From an uncultured Acidobacteriota bacterium (GTDB lineage: Bacteria; Acidobacteriota; Vicinamibacteria; Vicinamibacterales; JAKQTR01), in the NCBI GenBank assembly GCA_963843385.1, contig CAWJJY010000007.1, positions 566,028 to 630,027 of the forward strand: a DNA stretch of 64,000 nt, written 5' to 3'. Shown here one piece after another: positions 38,832 through 48,258 of the stretch (its first letter is position 1; each line of letters starts with the position of its first letter). The notes below the pieces were generated by a model. The model was not told where the DNA came from, did no database searches, and worked only from the letters and a program-made list of their open reading frames with translations. Position numbers and translations under genes: made by a program.

Positions 38832-39884
38832 CTAGTCGATAATCTCCCACTTCGACTGGTACCGATCGAGCTGCTGCACCGTGTAGCGATCCATCGGGTG
38901 CTCGCGCTCCGGGATGTCAACGTGCTTCGGCATGCCGCACAGCTCGGTGGAGAAGTAGCGCTGGCCCGTGTCGCAGATGAGCGTGACGATCATCTTCATC
39001 TCCGGATGGGCCTTCGCCAGCTTGATCGCCCCCGCGACGTTGGCGCCTGACGAGATGCCGCAGAAGATCCCTTCTTCCTTGGCCAGCCGGCGCGCCATCT
39101 CCATCGACTCGGGCGTGGTGGTCGTCACGATGCCGTTCAGGTGACTGACGTCGAGGTTGCGGGGCACGAATCCATCACCAATGCCCTCGATACCGTGGGG
39201 CCCCCAGGCTCGACGGCTGAGCAACGGGCACTCGGACGGCTCGATGGCATAGAGCTTCACCCGCTTCTTGTGCTTGTGCACGAAGCGCCCGACCCCGGTC
39301 AACGTGCCGCCGGTGCCCTGCGTCATGATGAACGCGTCGAGCTTGCCGCCCGTCTGCTCCCAGATCTCTGGCCCGGTGGTCTTGAGGTGCGCATCGATGT
39401 TGTCCGGGTTGTCGAACTGCGCCGGCACGAAGTACTTCTTTGGATCCTGCTTGCGAATCCCCGCGAGCTTCTCGAGCGCCAGGTCCACGTCGCTTTCACC
39501 GCCCGGCGTGTAGACCATCCGCGCGCCGTACGCAATGTCGAGCTTCTTGCGTTCTTCCGACATGCCCTCGGGCATCACGATGATGCACGGGTAGCCTTTC
39601 ACGGCCGACACGAACGAGCACCCGATGCCGGCGTTGCCCGTCGAGCACTCGAGGATCGTCATGCCTTTCTTGAGTGCGCCCCGCTTCTCGGCGCGCGTGA
39701 ACATGTTCCAGTAGATGCGGTCCTTCAGGCTGCCAGACGGGCTGAAGTACTCGACCTTGACCAGGATCTTCGCGCCGATCTTCTCAGCGGCCGGGATGCT
39801 GTTCAGCTGTACGAGCGGCGTGCGTCCGATCGCGTCAAAGATGCTCTTGTGATACCTCTTCGCGGCGTTCCACTTGACGGGCAT
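38832..39884 (-). CDS. PLP-dependent cysteine synthase / cystathionine beta-synthase family enzyme
   Basis: IGRTPLVQL...YFSPSGSLKDR (PLP-Lys motif)...ECSTGNAGIG..., about 350 aa. Confidence 0.8.
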   Translation of the reverse strand: MPVKWNAAKRYHKSIFDAIGRTPLVQLNSIPAAEKIGAKILVKVEYFSPSGSLKDRIYWNMFTRAEKRGALKKGMTILECSTGNAGIGCSFVSAVKGYPCIIVMPEGMSEERKKLDIAYGARMVYTPGGESDVDLALEKLAGIRKQDPKKYFVPAQFDNPDNIDAHLKTTGPEIWEQTGGKLDAFIMTQGTGGTLTGVGRFVHKHKKRVKLYAIEPSECPLLSRRAWGPHGIEGIGDGFVPRNLDVSHLNGIVTTTTPESMEMARRLAKEEGIFCGISSGANVAGAIKLAKAHPEMKMIVTLICDTGQRYFSTELCGMPKHVDIPEREHPMDRYTVQQLDRYQSKWEIID

Positions 39885-39924
39885 GTGATGACTCCTGAGA
39901 AACGGGGTATCGGGGGCCTTCTTT

Positions 39925-42708
39925 CTACACCGGTTCGCGCTGATCTGCCGCTGCGCCCGGGCCGGCGGCTCCCGCGCTCCCTCGAAGGATGGCGCGCGCG
40001 GCAGGCGAGTCCTTCATCGGCAATCGGAGGCGGCGGATTCCGTCGAACCGGTACAAGGCATTGGCGACGGCCGGCGCAGTCGGCACCAGGCCGATCTCGC
40101 CGACCCCCTTCGCGCCGAACGGCCCCTCACGCTCCGGAACCTCGACGAGGATGACCTCGAGCCGCGGCATATCGCGAGCCCGAAGCAATCCGAGCGACCG
40201 CAGCTTGTAGGAGACGGGGATCCCCTTCTCCTGGCGCAGCTCCTCGGTCAGTGCGTAACCGAGGCCCATGTGGATCGACCCCTCGATCTGCCCTTCGAGC
40301 AGCTTGCGATTGATGACGCGGCCGACGTCGTGCGCTGCGACGAACCGGGCGAGGTGTCCATGCTCGTCGAGGATGCAGACCTGCGTCGCGAATCCGTAGG
40401 TGAGGTGCGTGACGGGCTGCTGGACCTCGGCGCCAAGCGCCGTCGTGTGATCGACGACGAACTCGCCGAAGTACCGGCGGCCCGCAAGGGTCTTCAGGCT
40501 CTCCCCACCGTCCAGATCCCGCCGGAGTTGCCCGGCCGCGCGCTGCACGGCGCGCCCGCCCAGCACGGTCGCCCTCGACGCGGTCGTCATGCCGCACGGC
40601 GTCGGGAAGCTGGTGTCCACCTCGACCCTGACCTGCCGGGGATCGACCGGGGCGATGTCACACAGGCACTGGATCATGGCCGTATAGAACCCCTGGCCCA
40701 TCTCCGTGAACCCCGTGTGAATCGTCAGCCGTTCATCGCCGTGGACTTCGATCAGGGCGTGTCCGTGCTCCGGCATGCCGTTGCCGATGCCGACATTCTT
40801 GATTCCGCACGCGATGCCCGCGTACGGGCTGCTGTAGAACGCCTCCTTGACGGCCAATAGCGTGGGCTTGATGCCCACCGATTCGTCGAACACCTGGCCT
40901 GTGGCAAACCTGTCACCCACGTCGACCGCATTGCGCCACCGGATTTCCCACGGGTCCACGCCTGTGCGCTCGGCGAGGATGTCGATCATGCTCTCGAGTG
41001 CGAACGCCGCCTGGTTTGCGCCGAAGCCCCTCATGGCGCCGCACGGCAGATTGTTGGTGTAGACCGAGAGCGCCACGACATCGACATCGGGAACCCGGTA
41101 TGGCCCGCAGGCGTGTCCGGCCGCGCGCTCCAGCACCTTGGTGCCGACCGATGCGAACGCGCCCTTGTCTCCCAGGATTCGCGCACGAATCGCGGTGAGC
41201 CGGCCTTCGCGGTCGCACCCGACCGTGTAGGTCAGCTTCATGGCGTGGCGCTTGGGGTGGAGCCGGATGCTCTCCTCGCGGTTCAGTGTGGCTTTCACGG
41301 GCCGGCCGGTCAGGTACGCCATCAGCGCCACCTGCGCCTGGATGCTCAAGTCCTCCTTGCCGCCGAACGCACCGCCGTTGGACACCAGCGTGACCTGAAC
41401 CTGCTCGACGGGCAGCCCGAGGCACGACGCAATTTGCGTCCGGTCGTCGAAGACTCCCTGGCCGGGGGAAAAGACATGGATTCGGCTGGCGGCCGGCGAC
41501 TGGCGGCTGGCGGCTGGCGACCCTTCGACTCGGCCTGCCTCGCTCAGGGCAGGCTGGCGGCTGGCGGCCGGGGGCCCCACCACACTTTCGAGCCCCGACT
41601 CTGCGCCGGTGTCACGCTGCGGAACGGCCAGGCACGATTCCGGCTCGAGGAACGCGTGCTCGATCACCTGCGTTGTGAAGGTCCGCGTCTCGACATGCGC
41701 CGATTCGGCGAGCGCCTTGCCGGCGTCTCCACGGCGAACCACGGACGTCGACAGGAGATTCTCGTGATCGTGGTGGACGCGCGGCGCACCCTCTTCGAGC
41801 GCCTCCTCCGGTGTGAATACGCCCGGAAGTTCCTCGACAGCGACACTGACCCGGCGAGCCGCGGCTCGCGCTTCGCGATCGCTGGTGGCAACGACGCAGG
41901 CCAGCATGTCGCCGATGCAGTGGGTGATTTCCCCTTCTGCCACGAGCACCGGCCAGTCTTTGTAGATGAGACCCTGGAACCGCTGACCCGGGACGTCCGC
42001 CGCCGTGACGCAGCGAACGACACCCGGCATGGACGCGGCATCGGCCGTGTCGATCCTGATGACTCGGGCACGGGCGTTCGGCGAGAACACGAAGGCCCCA
42101 TGGAGGAGTCCGGGCACGCTCATGTCGTCGATGTACGGGCGCTCGCCGAGCACGAACGCCTCGCCATCCATCCTGGGCAGGCTCGTGCCGACCTTGCCGG
42201 ACCAGTCGGGCTCGGGAAGCGGCGCCCCCTGGAGCGCGCGCGCCGCCAGGTCGATGGCGTCGATGATCTTCACGTAGCCCGTGCATCGGCAGATGTGATT
42301 GTTGAGCGCGTGCGCAATCTCGGCGCGCGTGGGCACGGGCGTCCGATCGATCAGCCGCTTCGCGCTCATGACGATGCCCGGGATGCAGAAGCCGCACTGG
42401 AGGCCGCCGGCCACCGAGAAGGCCTTGGCGAAGACGTGCCGTTCGCGCGGCGGGAGCCCTTCGAGCGTCACGACAGTCCCGCCGGCAACCTTGCCTGCGG
42501 GCACGGCGCACGACGAGAGCGCGCGGCCGTTGACGAGCACCGTGCAGCACCCGCACGACCCTTGCGGCGCGCAGCCGTTCTTGGGCGAAATCAGTCCCGC
42601 CTGATCGCGCAACACGTCCATCAACGACTCGCCGTGATCGATTCGGGCCGAGAACGGCTTGCCGTTGAGGCTGAATTCAATTGGAGAGTTGGGAGGGTCG
42701 GTCCGCAT
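39925..42708 (-). CDS. XdhD-like molybdenum hydroxylase with fused N-terminal 2x[2Fe-2S] domain and molybdopterin-binding domains
   Basis: GC..GSCGCCTVLVNG...SC and QCGFCIPG...CRCTGY are followed by the aldehyde oxidase/XDH hammerhead and MoCo-binding regions (GGAFGGKE, GFGANQ...). The length is 927 aa. The gene contains an in-frame repeat insertion (see findings). Confidence 0.85.
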   Translation of the reverse strand: MRTDPPNSPIEFSLNGKPFSARIDHGESLMDVLRDQAGLISPKNGCAPQGSCGCCTVLVNGRALSSCAVPAGKVAGGTVVTLEGLPPRERHVFAKAFSVAGGLQCGFCIPGIVMSAKRLIDRTPVPTRAEIAHALNNHICRCTGYVKIIDAIDLAARALQGAPLPEPDWSGKVGTSLPRMDGEAFVLGERPYIDDMSVPGLLHGAFVFSPNARARVIRIDTADAASMPGVVRCVTAADVPGQRFQGLIYKDWPVLVAEGEITHCIGDMLACVVATSDREARAAARRVSVAVEELPGVFTPEEALEEGAPRVHHDHENLLSTSVVRRGDAGKALAESAHVETRTFTTQVIEHAFLEPESCLAVPQRDTGAESGLESVVGPPAASRQPALSEAGRVEGSPAASRQSPAASRIHVFSPGQGVFDDRTQIASCLGLPVEQVQVTLVSNGGAFGGKEDLSIQAQVALMAYLTGRPVKATLNREESIRLHPKRHAMKLTYTVGCDREGRLTAIRARILGDKGAFASVGTKVLERAAGHACGPYRVPDVDVVALSVYTNNLPCGAMRGFGANQAAFALESMIDILAERTGVDPWEIRWRNAVDVGDRFATGQVFDESVGIKPTLLAVKEAFYSSPYAGIACGIKNVGIGNGMPEHGHALIEVHGDERLTIHTGFTEMGQGFYTAMIQCLCDIAPVDPRQVRVEVDTSFPTPCGMTTASRATVLGGRAVQRAAGQLRRDLDGGESLKTLAGRRYFGEFVVDHTTALGAEVQQPVTHLTYGFATQVCILDEHGHLARFVAAHDVGRVINRKLLEGQIEGSIHMGLGYALTEELRQEKGIPVSYKLRSLGLLRARDMPRLEVILVEVPEREGPFGAKGVGEIGLVPTAPAVANALYRFDGIRRLRLPMKDSPAARAILRGSAGAAGPGAAADQREPV

Positions 42709-42711
42709 GCA

Positions 42712-44700
42712 TCACTCGAACAACGTCGCGTTCACAAAGTTTACCCGGTCGGGGCGGATCAGGGCATCCAGCAGCAGACGCATCGACATGTAGTATGACA
42801 GGTCAACCTGCGTGGACCCGGTCGCGCCGCCGCCGGTTGCCGATACCGGGGCGTGGGTCAGCCGGTCCACCTCGACCGTCACCGATCCCGCCTTGAACGA
42901 GGCGGTCGGTGCGCCCGGGCGGTCCGTCAGCGAATAGGCGTCATTCCCGAATCGGCCTCGCAGGGTGAAGAGGCCCGCCTCTCGCGTCAGAACAAATCCG
43001 CCGGTGTCGGCCGCGCGCTGCCATGCGTCGAGGCTGCCGAAGAAACGCGGCTTCTCGATGTACGGGCCGCCGTCCTCCGGGCAGAACACGTCGCAGTTCC
43101 CGCACAGGTTGCAGGCGTCGGCGAAGGTCGCAATCTGCAGACGCTTGGCCACCTGGTAGGGGCGCCAGGCGACCGGGCGCCACCCTGCGCCATCGATCTC
43201 GATGACGGGCACCTGCCGGTTCACGGGCTCCACTTCGATCGCGAAGTTGGCGTCGTTCGGGCAGACAGGAATGCACTTGTCGCAATTCAGGCAGTCCCAG
43301 AAGACCAGGTGCGAGCCCACCTTGCGCGGTGGCTTCCGGTTGACCGGCGCGCGGTATCTCTCCTCTTCGAGGACCCTCGCCAGCAATCGGCGCGTATTGC
43401 GGACGGCCGCCTGATCGCGCCCTGCCGATTTGGCGCGGGCCTCTTCACCGGCCGCGCCATGGCCAGCCTCTGACTCATCGGTCTTGACCACGAGATCGGG
43501 AATGGACGCCGCTCCGAGCAGACGCATTCGTGATTCGAGATTCGTGATGTAGCGAGGCAGCCGGCCGTACCCGCCCTGGCGGAGCAGGTCGGTGCAGGTC
43601 GTGACGGCGGCAAGCCCGGTCGCGACGCAGTCGGCGACATTGATCGCGTCCACGCCCGCGGAGAATGAAATCGGCAGGCTGCTGCCGAACGCTTCGCGCC
43701 ACCGCAAGACCAGCGCCAGGTGCAGCAGGTGCAGGGGCTGTCCCGAGAGATACTGGACGGGCTCCTTCAGGAATCGGCCCTTGTTGATCACCTCGAGCGT
43801 GTTGCCGCACTTCACGCCAACGGTCACACCCCGGGCGGCAGCGAGGACTTGAAGCCGCCGGACCATGTCGACCGCGTCCTCGAAGCCGAGATTGTGCTGA
43901 TAGCAGCCAGGATTGACCGCGATCTCCGTGTACCCGAGCGTGTCGTGGAGGAGGGATTCGAGGCGTTCCCGGCCGAGCATCGGCGGGTTCAGCTTGACGA
44001 TCACGTGGAAGCCCAGCTCCCCGATCAGGAACTCGCAGACGCGTTCGATTTCGCCGGCGGGGGTTCCGTGGAACGTGGAGAGCGTAATGCTGCGCGAGAT
44101 CTCCGTCCTGAACTCGAGGTCGCGCCACTGGGAAAACTCGCCCGGAATCTGCTGGCGAAGCTCCTCGACCAGGGCTTCCGCGTTTCTCATGGTGGCGAGC
44201 CACCTCACGATCCGATCGCTCCTGATGCCGGCAAGGTCGTATCCGACACTGATGTCGAAAACCACGCGGCTTCGCGGCACGCCGACCAGGCCCGATGCGC
44301 CCAGCAGGTCGATCAGCATCGACGCCTTGACGTACTCGCGCGCCGAATCGTCGAGCCTCAGCTCCTGCGACCACTCGGTGTTGTAGCCGACGGTGGCCAT
44401 GTCGATGCAGGGCCGCGAAAGCGTCAGCCGATCGTTGGCCTGGACGGTCTTCAGTTCGATGATCCGTGCGCCAGCCAGCCAGCAGAGCACGATGTTCTGT
44501 GCGAGCTGCGTATGGGGCCCGGCGGCCGGCCCGATGGGATTGTCCGCGACCGATCCGCCAAACGGCACCGACAGATCGACATCGCCGGCTGCGCGGTGGA
44601 ATCGCCGGTCCGGCAGATCGAAAACGGCGCGGCGCGTCGCGAATTCATGAACCGCCCTGCTCGCCAGACGCTCGAACGGGACGGGCTCCAGCTCAGCCAC
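42712..44700 (-). CDS. YgfK-like protein (DPD/DHOD-like TIM-barrel + 2x[4Fe-4S]) lacking the GltD-like flavin/NAD(P)H domain
   Basis: NPIGPAAGPHTQLAQNIV..WLAGARIIELKTVQ, CLNCDKCIPVCPNDAN and CNLCGNCDVFCPEDGGPY are present. The protein is 662 aa, versus roughly 1030 aa for E. coli YgfK. I found no GxGxxG dinucleotide motif. Confidence 0.7.
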   Translation of the reverse strand: MAELEPVPFERLASRAVHEFATRRAVFDLPDRRFHRAAGDVDLSVPFGGSVADNPIGPAAGPHTQLAQNIVLCWLAGARIIELKTVQANDRLTLSRPCIDMATVGYNTEWSQELRLDDSAREYVKASMLIDLLGASGLVGVPRSRVVFDISVGYDLAGIRSDRIVRWLATMRNAEALVEELRQQIPGEFSQWRDLEFRTEISRSITLSTFHGTPAGEIERVCEFLIGELGFHVIVKLNPPMLGRERLESLLHDTLGYTEIAVNPGCYQHNLGFEDAVDMVRRLQVLAAARGVTVGVKCGNTLEVINKGRFLKEPVQYLSGQPLHLLHLALVLRWREAFGSSLPISFSAGVDAINVADCVATGLAAVTTCTDLLRQGGYGRLPRYITNLESRMRLLGAASIPDLVVKTDESEAGHGAAGEEARAKSAGRDQAAVRNTRRLLARVLEEERYRAPVNRKPPRKVGSHLVFWDCLNCDKCIPVCPNDANFAIEVEPVNRQVPVIEIDGAGWRPVAWRPYQVAKRLQIATFADACNLCGNCDVFCPEDGGPYIEKPRFFGSLDAWQRAADTGGFVLTREAGLFTLRGRFGNDAYSLTDRPGAPTASFKAGSVTVEVDRLTHAPVSATGGGATGSTQVDLSYYMSMRLLLDALIRPDRVNFVNATLFE

Positions 44701-45985
44701 TCATCCGCCTCCACAGGCGTGCCGCCACATCGGTCGCGCGCCGGCAGACTTCCCCCGCGTCGACACCGAGCACCCGCCCCTCCCTCACCACCCAGCGTCC
44801 CGCCACCATGACCGACTGGATGTCGGCGGAAGTGAGGCCACCAAGCATGTGAGCGGCCACGGTTCCTCGATCGAGGGGAGTTGGCGACGCATAGTCCAGC
44901 ACCACGAGATCGGCCGCCGACCCAGGCCCGACCGACCCCATTGGCATCCCGAACAGGCTCGACGCCAGCTGCTGTCCGCCGGCCAGGAGCCGCAGGATGT
45001 CGAAGTGCCTGCGCGGGCCCAGCGACTCGCGCATCCGGAATTGGCCGGCCCGGGCTTCAGCCAGCATATCCGCCGGGAACCCATCCGTGCCAAGCGCGGC
45101 TCGTTGGCCAAACCGGTGCACGGGCGCGTGACCGACGCCGTTGTTCATGTTGGAGCGGGGGTTGTGGACCAGCCACGAGCGGGATCTGCCGATGCGTGCA
45201 ATCTCCCGGTCGGTCAGGTGCACGCCGTGCGCCAGAACCGATCGGGCATTCAACAGGCCGGCGTCTTCGAGCCGGTCAATCACGCCACGGGCGCCGCGTG
45301 CGCGGGCGTCGGCTACATCGTCGACGGCCTCTGCCGCGTGGATGTGTATGCCGGTGCGATGACGAAGCACGAGCTCCGCGCAGGCCCGGAGCGCCCCGTC
45401 CCCCAGCGTGAAGGAGGCGTGCGCCCCAACCAGCCCACGGAACGCCGGATCGGTACGGGTCGCAGACAGAAACCGATCGTTCTCGGCCAGGCCGGCATCG
45501 AGGCGCCGCTTTCCGCCGCGTTCGGTCACCTCGTAGCTCAGCACGCCGCGAACGCCGACCTCCGCGAGACCCTGGCGAATGAGATCGAGCGAGCCGGGAA
45601 TCGCGTTTGGCGACGCGTGGTGATCGATGATGGTCGTCGTGCCGCATCGGACCGCCTCGATCGCGCCGATGAGCGCGCTGTAATAGACCGCCTCGGGGTT
45701 GAGCGCCTGATCGAGCCGCCACCAGACTCGCTCCAGGATCTCCGGGAAGTTCCGCGGAGCCTGCCGGGGCCCGGGCATGCCTCGGGACAGCGCGGAGTAG
45801 AGGTGCGTGTGGGCGCAGACAAGACCCGGCAGGATCAGCCTGCCGGCGACATCCTCGACCGGCTCCCGGCGATTCGCGGTCAGGTGGCGCGCGCGCGCGA
45901 CGATCACGCCGCCGTCGATGCGGAGGTCTGCCGGTTGAAGGCCGGCCGGCCACAGCGACACCACGCGCGCATTCTTCATCAGCAT
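44693..45985 (-). CDS. ssnA: SsnA-type putative aminohydrolase (amidohydrolase superfamily)
   Basis: MLMKNARVV...ILPGLVCAHTHLYSALSRGM...NFPEILERVWWRLDQAL.... The protein is about 430 aa, and the gene sits next to the ygfK-like and xdhD-like genes as in E. coli. Its 3' end overlaps the ygfK-like start by 8 nt. Confidence 0.85.
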   Translation of the reverse strand: MLMKNARVVSLWPAGLQPADLRIDGGVIVARARHLTANRREPVEDVAGRLILPGLVCAHTHLYSALSRGMPGPRQAPRNFPEILERVWWRLDQALNPEAVYYSALIGAIEAVRCGTTTIIDHHASPNAIPGSLDLIRQGLAEVGVRGVLSYEVTERGGKRRLDAGLAENDRFLSATRTDPAFRGLVGAHASFTLGDGALRACAELVLRHRTGIHIHAAEAVDDVADARARGARGVIDRLEDAGLLNARSVLAHGVHLTDREIARIGRSRSWLVHNPRSNMNNGVGHAPVHRFGQRAALGTDGFPADMLAEARAGQFRMRESLGPRRHFDILRLLAGGQQLASSLFGMPMGSVGPGSAADLVVLDYASPTPLDRGTVAAHMLGGLTSADIQSVMVAGRWVVREGRVLGVDAGEVCRRATDVAARLWRRMSG

Positions 45986-46235
45986 CGGCTCAGTACTCCG
46001 TCCATGGTGTGAGGACGTCTGTCGGGCGGGCATCCCGCCTCCCGCGTGAACGCGCATCAGCCGGCCGAACGCCACGAGCGCCCGGCCGATGACCTTCTGA
46101 CAGGACCGGCGCCCGCTAGCCCGCACTCTTCACAAACGCTGCGCGTAAGCTCATCGTGCGTCGGCGGCATGCGGGTTTCTCACTCCGCCTGCTTTCGACA
46201 CCGCGCAACAAGCGGTGCTGAAGACGTCGCCCGGG

Positions 46236-47498
46236 CTAGCTGGCGCCGAGGGCGGCCCGAACCGCGTCGAGCCGGGGGGCGATGTCGTGCGGCTGGCCAG
46301 CCGCCTGTCGAGCCGACTGCACGTCCTTCAGGCCATTGCCGGTGACGACGACCAACGCGGTGTCGCCGCTTCGAACCAGCCTGAGCTCTGCCGCTCGTTT
46401 CAACCCGGCGACCGCGGCGACGCCTGCCGGCTCGCCGAAGACGCCTCCGAGCCGCGCCGTGGTCCTCATCGCGTCGAGGATTTCGTCGTCGGAGACGGTC
46501 ACCATCGTGCCCCGCGAGGCCAGCGTCCAGGCGATCGCCCGGCGCCAATTCCTCGGGGTTCCGACGGCGATGCTGTCTGCCACCGTGTTCGCGGGTGACG
46601 GCTCGAGGCCCTTGCCCGACGCGAACGCACGGACCAGCGGGCTTGCGCCCTCCGCCTGGACACCGAGCAGCCGCGGCAGTGCCGGAGACAGACCGAGGCG
46701 CCGGGCTTCGTGCAGGCCCTTTCCGATCCCGCCGATGGTGCATCCGTCGCCGACCGAGACTACGACCCAATCCGGCAGGGCTCCGCCGTTGAGCGAGGCA
46801 TCGGTGACGAACTGCTCCGCGAGCTCGAGCCCGGCGGTCTTCTTGCCCTCGACGAGGTACGGGTTGATGCCGCTGTTGCGGTTGTACCAGCCGAATTCGC
46901 GGCAGGCGCCGCAACACAGATCGAAGGCGTCCTCGTAGGACCCCTTCACGCGGAAGACCGTCGCCCCGAAGATCAGCAACTGCGCGATCTTCGGTTCAGG
47001 AGCCCGTTCCGGTACGAAGATCACCGCCCGCAGGCCGGTCGATGCGGCCAGGCAGGCGAGAGACGAGGCGGCGTTTCCGGTCGACGCGCAGGCGACCGTG
47101 TCGAACCCGAACTCGCGGGCCTTGATGACCCCGATCGAACTGGCCCGGTCCTTGAACGACGCCGACGGATTCCGCCCGTCGTCTTTCAGGAACAGCCGAT
47201 GGACTCCGACGAGGCTCGCCAGCCGTGGCGCCGCGAGGACGGGCGTCCAGCCGACGTGGACCGGAGGCAGGATGGCGTCCGATTCGATGGGCAGGACTTC
47301 CTTGTACCGCCAGTGATCCTGCGGCCGAAGAGCGAGCGCCTCCCTGGTCAGCGTCGCACGCGCCTGATCGTAGTCGTACCGGACATCCAGCACGCCGGTC
47401 GGCCCGCAGACGGTACAGGTCAGCAGATTGCCATGGGGGTACGGCTTTCCACAACTGATGCAGACCAGCTCTGTGACATGGCTACCCATCACCGGCAA
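46236..47498 (-). CDS. threonine synthase-like PLP enzyme with N-terminal Cys4 zinc-ribbon
   Basis: CISCG...CTVCG at the N-terminus is followed by NPSASFKDRA (the PLP-Lys motif) and STGNAASSLA. Confidence 0.8.
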   Translation of the reverse strand: MPVMGSHVTELVCISCGKPYPHGNLLTCTVCGPTGVLDVRYDYDQARATLTREALALRPQDHWRYKEVLPIESDAILPPVHVGWTPVLAAPRLASLVGVHRLFLKDDGRNPSASFKDRASSIGVIKAREFGFDTVACASTGNAASSLACLAASTGLRAVIFVPERAPEPKIAQLLIFGATVFRVKGSYEDAFDLCCGACREFGWYNRNSGINPYLVEGKKTAGLELAEQFVTDASLNGGALPDWVVVSVGDGCTIGGIGKGLHEARRLGLSPALPRLLGVQAEGASPLVRAFASGKGLEPSPANTVADSIAVGTPRNWRRAIAWTLASRGTMVTVSDDEILDAMRTTARLGGVFGEPAGVAAVAGLKRAAELRLVRSGDTALVVVTGNGLKDVQSARQAAGQPHDIAPRLDAVRAALGAS

Positions 47499-47607
47499 CA
47501 GTAGTTCCGGGACGTTGCGCGGGTCAACACTCCGGCATGGCTGAGCGCCGCGCCGGCTGCTCGATGGCCGTTCCGGGGCTGAATTGAATCCTGGAAGTGG
47601 CGAGGGA

Positions 47608-48258
47608 TCAGTCCCCGTGCAGGATGAAACGGGCCGCGCCGTAAACGAAGAACCACGAGAGGACGAACAGCGTCACGGCGAGCCAGCGATAGATCGACCC
47701 CATCGCCCTGATCGGGATGTTGTGCTTGACTCGGTACATCACGATTCCCAGTGCCGACAGGTACCCTCCCAGGCCGAGCGCGCCGCCGCCGATGAACAGG
47801 ATCTTCGCGGTATCGGAGAACGGCGTCGCGAGCCCCAGGCGTTTCGCCAGGGTGGCGCCCACCAGCCAGGACACGATCATGGGCGGGTTGCTCATGGCGA
47901 CGGAAAACCCCGTGAGGTAGGCCCAGCGCTTGCTCTTGAGCGACGAATTCTCCAGGTTCACATCGTGCGGTTTCTTGGATTCCTTCCACGTCAGGTAGGT
48001 GAGCACCCACAGGATGATCGCCCCGACGATGTGGAACGCCCCCAGGACCTCGCGGATTTCGAGGAACGGTGCGATGCCGAACAGGGCGACCGTGCCGTAG
48101 ATCACGTCCGAGCTCACCGATCCCAGGACGACCATCTGCGCCGCCCGAAGGTGCCCCTTGATGGCGCGCTTCGCCATTTCGATCTGGGAAGGGCCGATGG
48201 GGATCGCCGCAACGAATCCCAGGGCAAACGCCAGCAGGACGAGGAGGAGATTCTCCAT
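47608..48258 (-). CDS. LysE/RhtB-family amino-acid exporter
   Basis: A 216-aa, 6-TM protein starting MENLLLVLLAFALGFVAAIPIGPSQ.... Its ATG shares one nt with the stop of the upstream GT9 gene. Confidence 0.75.
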   Translation of the reverse strand: MENLLLVLLAFALGFVAAIPIGPSQIEMAKRAIKGHLRAAQMVVLGSVSSDVIYGTVALFGIAPFLEIREVLGAFHIVGAIILWVLTYLTWKESKKPHDVNLENSSLKSKRWAYLTGFSVAMSNPPMIVSWLVGATLAKRLGLATPFSDTAKILFIGGGALGLGGYLSALGIVMYRVKHNIPIRAMGSIYRWLAVTLFVLSWFFVYGAARFILHGD

